NCBI RefSeq assembly: GCF_964355755.1
Contig: NC_092678.1
Location: 3,922,422 to 3,986,421, forward strand
Source of the DNA: Antedon mediterranea
Taxonomy: Eukaryota; Animalia; Echinodermata
DNA length: 64,000 nt
Direction: 5' to 3'
Shown piece after piece: positions 61,212 through 64,000 of this stretch. A program made the translations under genes and the position numbers. Numbering within the stretch: the stretch's first letter is position 1; each line of letters begins with the position of its first letter. Under the pieces are notes generated by a model that searched no databases, was not told the origin of the DNA, and saw only the letters and a list, made by a program, of their open reading frames with translations.

Positions 61212-64000
61212 GTAACTATAATACTGTAAAATCTCAAGAGAAAGCCCATGGGCTTGCTTTATGTATAATATTTATGTGGCCTGATTGTTGGAGTTGATAT
61301 TTGTTCCTTTGTAGTAACACAGACTTTTCTACAGTATTCCCATTTTTTCTTGGTCAAAACATGTTATATTGACATGCGTCATCTGATTGGCCGATTGAAT
61401 CACAAATATGTCAATGATACACTTAAGAATGCTGTACAATTAAGCATTCTTACATACACATCACAATTTGCAATTATTATCCATATACCGTTAGCTATTT
61501 ATCATTTATGCAGCCGAGTACAAATGACGACATTTACATGTTGGGCATAAGGAATAATTCTAGTCTCATTATTAATATAATAATGGGGTTACTGTAAGCC
61601 ACAAGGCTTAATCAATTGGTTGCCTTTCTAGTGGTGGTAAGCGTCAATAATAAATATTATTTGTGGTTATTAAAACAGTGGGTAAACAAACTCTTTTAAA
61701 AATTATCAATACACAATTTAATGGAAATTGGTCTCCCATACAACAGTATAAGTGTGCATTCAAACTTAAAAGTTTTCAAAGGCTGTTTAATTTTTTTTAA
61801 TTTATTCAATTTCTGCCATATACATGATAAAAAAAGAAGACAAAACAATTATAAAAGGAGGCACGGAGAGACCAAACAGGTGCTAAACACCTATGCTAGT
61901 TGGTCAACCCAGAACAGAGAAAAATAAATAAATTGGCAGTATTGTAAGTGGGTGAGACAATCTTGCAGTAGTGTAGTACCAAAGCCATGAAGAAGTCCTG
62001 GTATAGAGTGTTTAAAGATCTCCTTGTTTGTACAGTATCCCTGATAGTGATAGGAAAATATTCAGCCCTGTATTAAATAAAGGGTAACACCCTGTTAACT
62101 TTAATATGAACTTAGTTTTGTTCTCCCCATGATAAAAAGGTCCTTGTCCTTAAACTGTCTTATGAAATAACATCAGGCAACCACATAGTGCAAAAGCCTA
62201 TTAATTTTAGAAGATTGGTTATCACAATATGACTCACGGCTCTATATACTTACTGTATTAATATTCTTTCTACATTTGCCATTATACACAGACTAATGCC
62301 TTTCATTTATTATACCACCTGATATTTAATTTCCTTTACAAAGCCACCTGCTCAAAGTGTTTTATTATTTTACTTACGGATGTCAATGTACATTTTGCTT
62401 TAGTGTTTCCAAATTCTGTTCTTGTTTTTAAAACCTTGTGGAACTCTCAACTTTTATATAATTGAATACACATGATTACACATATTGTGGACTGTGTATT
62501 CCATTTTCAAAGATTGATTATTATTTTACGTAATCGTATTGCAAAAAAAATGTTTAAAAGTGATTAGTTTAGTTAAACAATAGTGTAACTACTTCATTTA
62601 TTCAATTCTGTCTGTTTAAAGAAATCTAAGAAAGTGTTTTAGCTTTCTTTGTGTACTGCTGCAATCCCAATCACTGCTTGTTTTACAGAATCCGCAGTGC
62701 CAATATTATTTGTAAAGAAGAAATAAAGTCATTTCAGACTACTGTACAGGTTTTGTTATCTTGCATCCGTACAGTGTATTCTACATTATTCCATGGAGAA
62801 ATCAGAACAGTTAAATAGTTTTGTTATTTTTTCATTTCTCTATTATTTATGTGTAACCCTGCCATGGTTTACCATGTTTTCCTTATTAGATTTTTTAATC
62901 TTTTAATCCTTTCTTTGTTGTTGAGCCCAAGTTTTAATTAGTTGTTTATCTTTTGGCTAGAACTTCCTTTGCTGTTTATGTCATTGTGTCATAAACTATG
63001 TGGTAATGCATGAGAGCTTTCTGTTTTTTCTATAGACACTGACCAATAAGGGCCAGTTTACCCTTTGCTTTTTCTCCAGCAACATGGATTGACCAATGGG
63101 ATTAGCCTTGGTCAGGTGACTGGGCCAATATTAGGGTATGTTCCCATGCTTCATTCTCTTTTCCTGATTATGCCATCTGAAGTGCTGGTCATTTCTAAGT
63201 GTTACAAATTAAAATATATGACTTTATTTAAAGCTATACAGTATACAGTATAATTACATTACCGAACTAAGTTTTAAAGTTCGCGTTGATTGGAAGTTTG
63301 TGCTAGTTTGGCATATTGCACTAAAAAAACTATATTTGATCGACTGTATTGTACATATTGGAGACTGTTCGTTTTATTTTGAATATTGGCTCTTTGTATA
63401 GGTGAGTGTTTGAACACCAATTTACTTTGTTCTATATTTAAAGTTCATTATTGGGATTATAAGTATATTACTGTTGTTATTATTTACAGTTAATGCTGTT
63501 TTAATGGAAGTCGTTACAGTATAGTATATAACTTAACGTGACATTATTATTAATTATGTTTAAACCTATTTTTATAAATGGAATGTTTCCATGATTGATC
63601 TGTTACTGTTAGGGTAAGCAGGCTCAAGATAGACCTATTACTGTATATCATATAGGCATTGTATAGATCAGCAAATTGTTATTTTCCTCTTTTACTTATT
63701 TATTGTTCTTTAAGACAATGTTTTCATTTTCCTTTTTCATTATGTTATTTTTGAGACAACGATTGCCATTATAAAGTCGTTTTATGACTCTTGCCATGTA
63801 AGGCTGATAATGTACTTATGGTACATTCAATGTTAAACTATTTTAGACAGTATACTGTATTATTATACTGTATATTGTATAGGCTACCGAAGAACCACTG
63901 GTTCTCGGACACCGAAATTATCTGTGTAGACTGCTATATAAATCAACTGTATTCATCTACCGTAAGGCAAAAAACGCAAGACGGAGGTCAAGGTTGCCGT

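Noticed and set aside
63880-63925. 5S rRNA-like fragment (also ~55330-55372), or next HMG exon at 63883
   Set aside because: Only short gapped similarity to 5S, and the open frame after the AG does not resemble an HMGB continuation.

Overview
AT-rich eukaryotic (animal) genomic DNA with GT-AG spliceosomal introns. Gene content and composition suggest a marine invertebrate, possibly an echinoderm (inference only). Exons were assembled by hand, checking splice phases. Left to right: (1) a tandem array of five divergent minus-strand paralogs (6.1-27.2 kb), largely invisible in the ORF track. They share the layout [EGF exon]-phase 1-[TM exon ending near R/K-x-x-S-V]-phase 1-[disordered tail with PPxY motifs], apparently without a signal peptide, and are candidate Nedd4-family ubiquitin-ligase adaptors/receptors with graded decay of the EGF module. 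(2) A cluster of five intact intronless class A GPCR genes plus one pseudogene (28.8-40.9 kb), mostly with non-canonical motifs. (3) An ankyrin/SOCS-box (ASB13-like) gene with a hairpin-rich 74-77 bp satellite in its probable 3' UTR. (4) An N-acetylglucosamine-6-sulfatase (GNS) gene with two consecutive pairs of duplicated, probably mutually exclusive exons and a double CLEAR-type E-box promoter. (5) A divergently transcribed HMG-box gene with 19 MDP(N/S/T)R repeats, running off the window. There are also four PIF/Harbinger-type MITEs and several smaller repeats.
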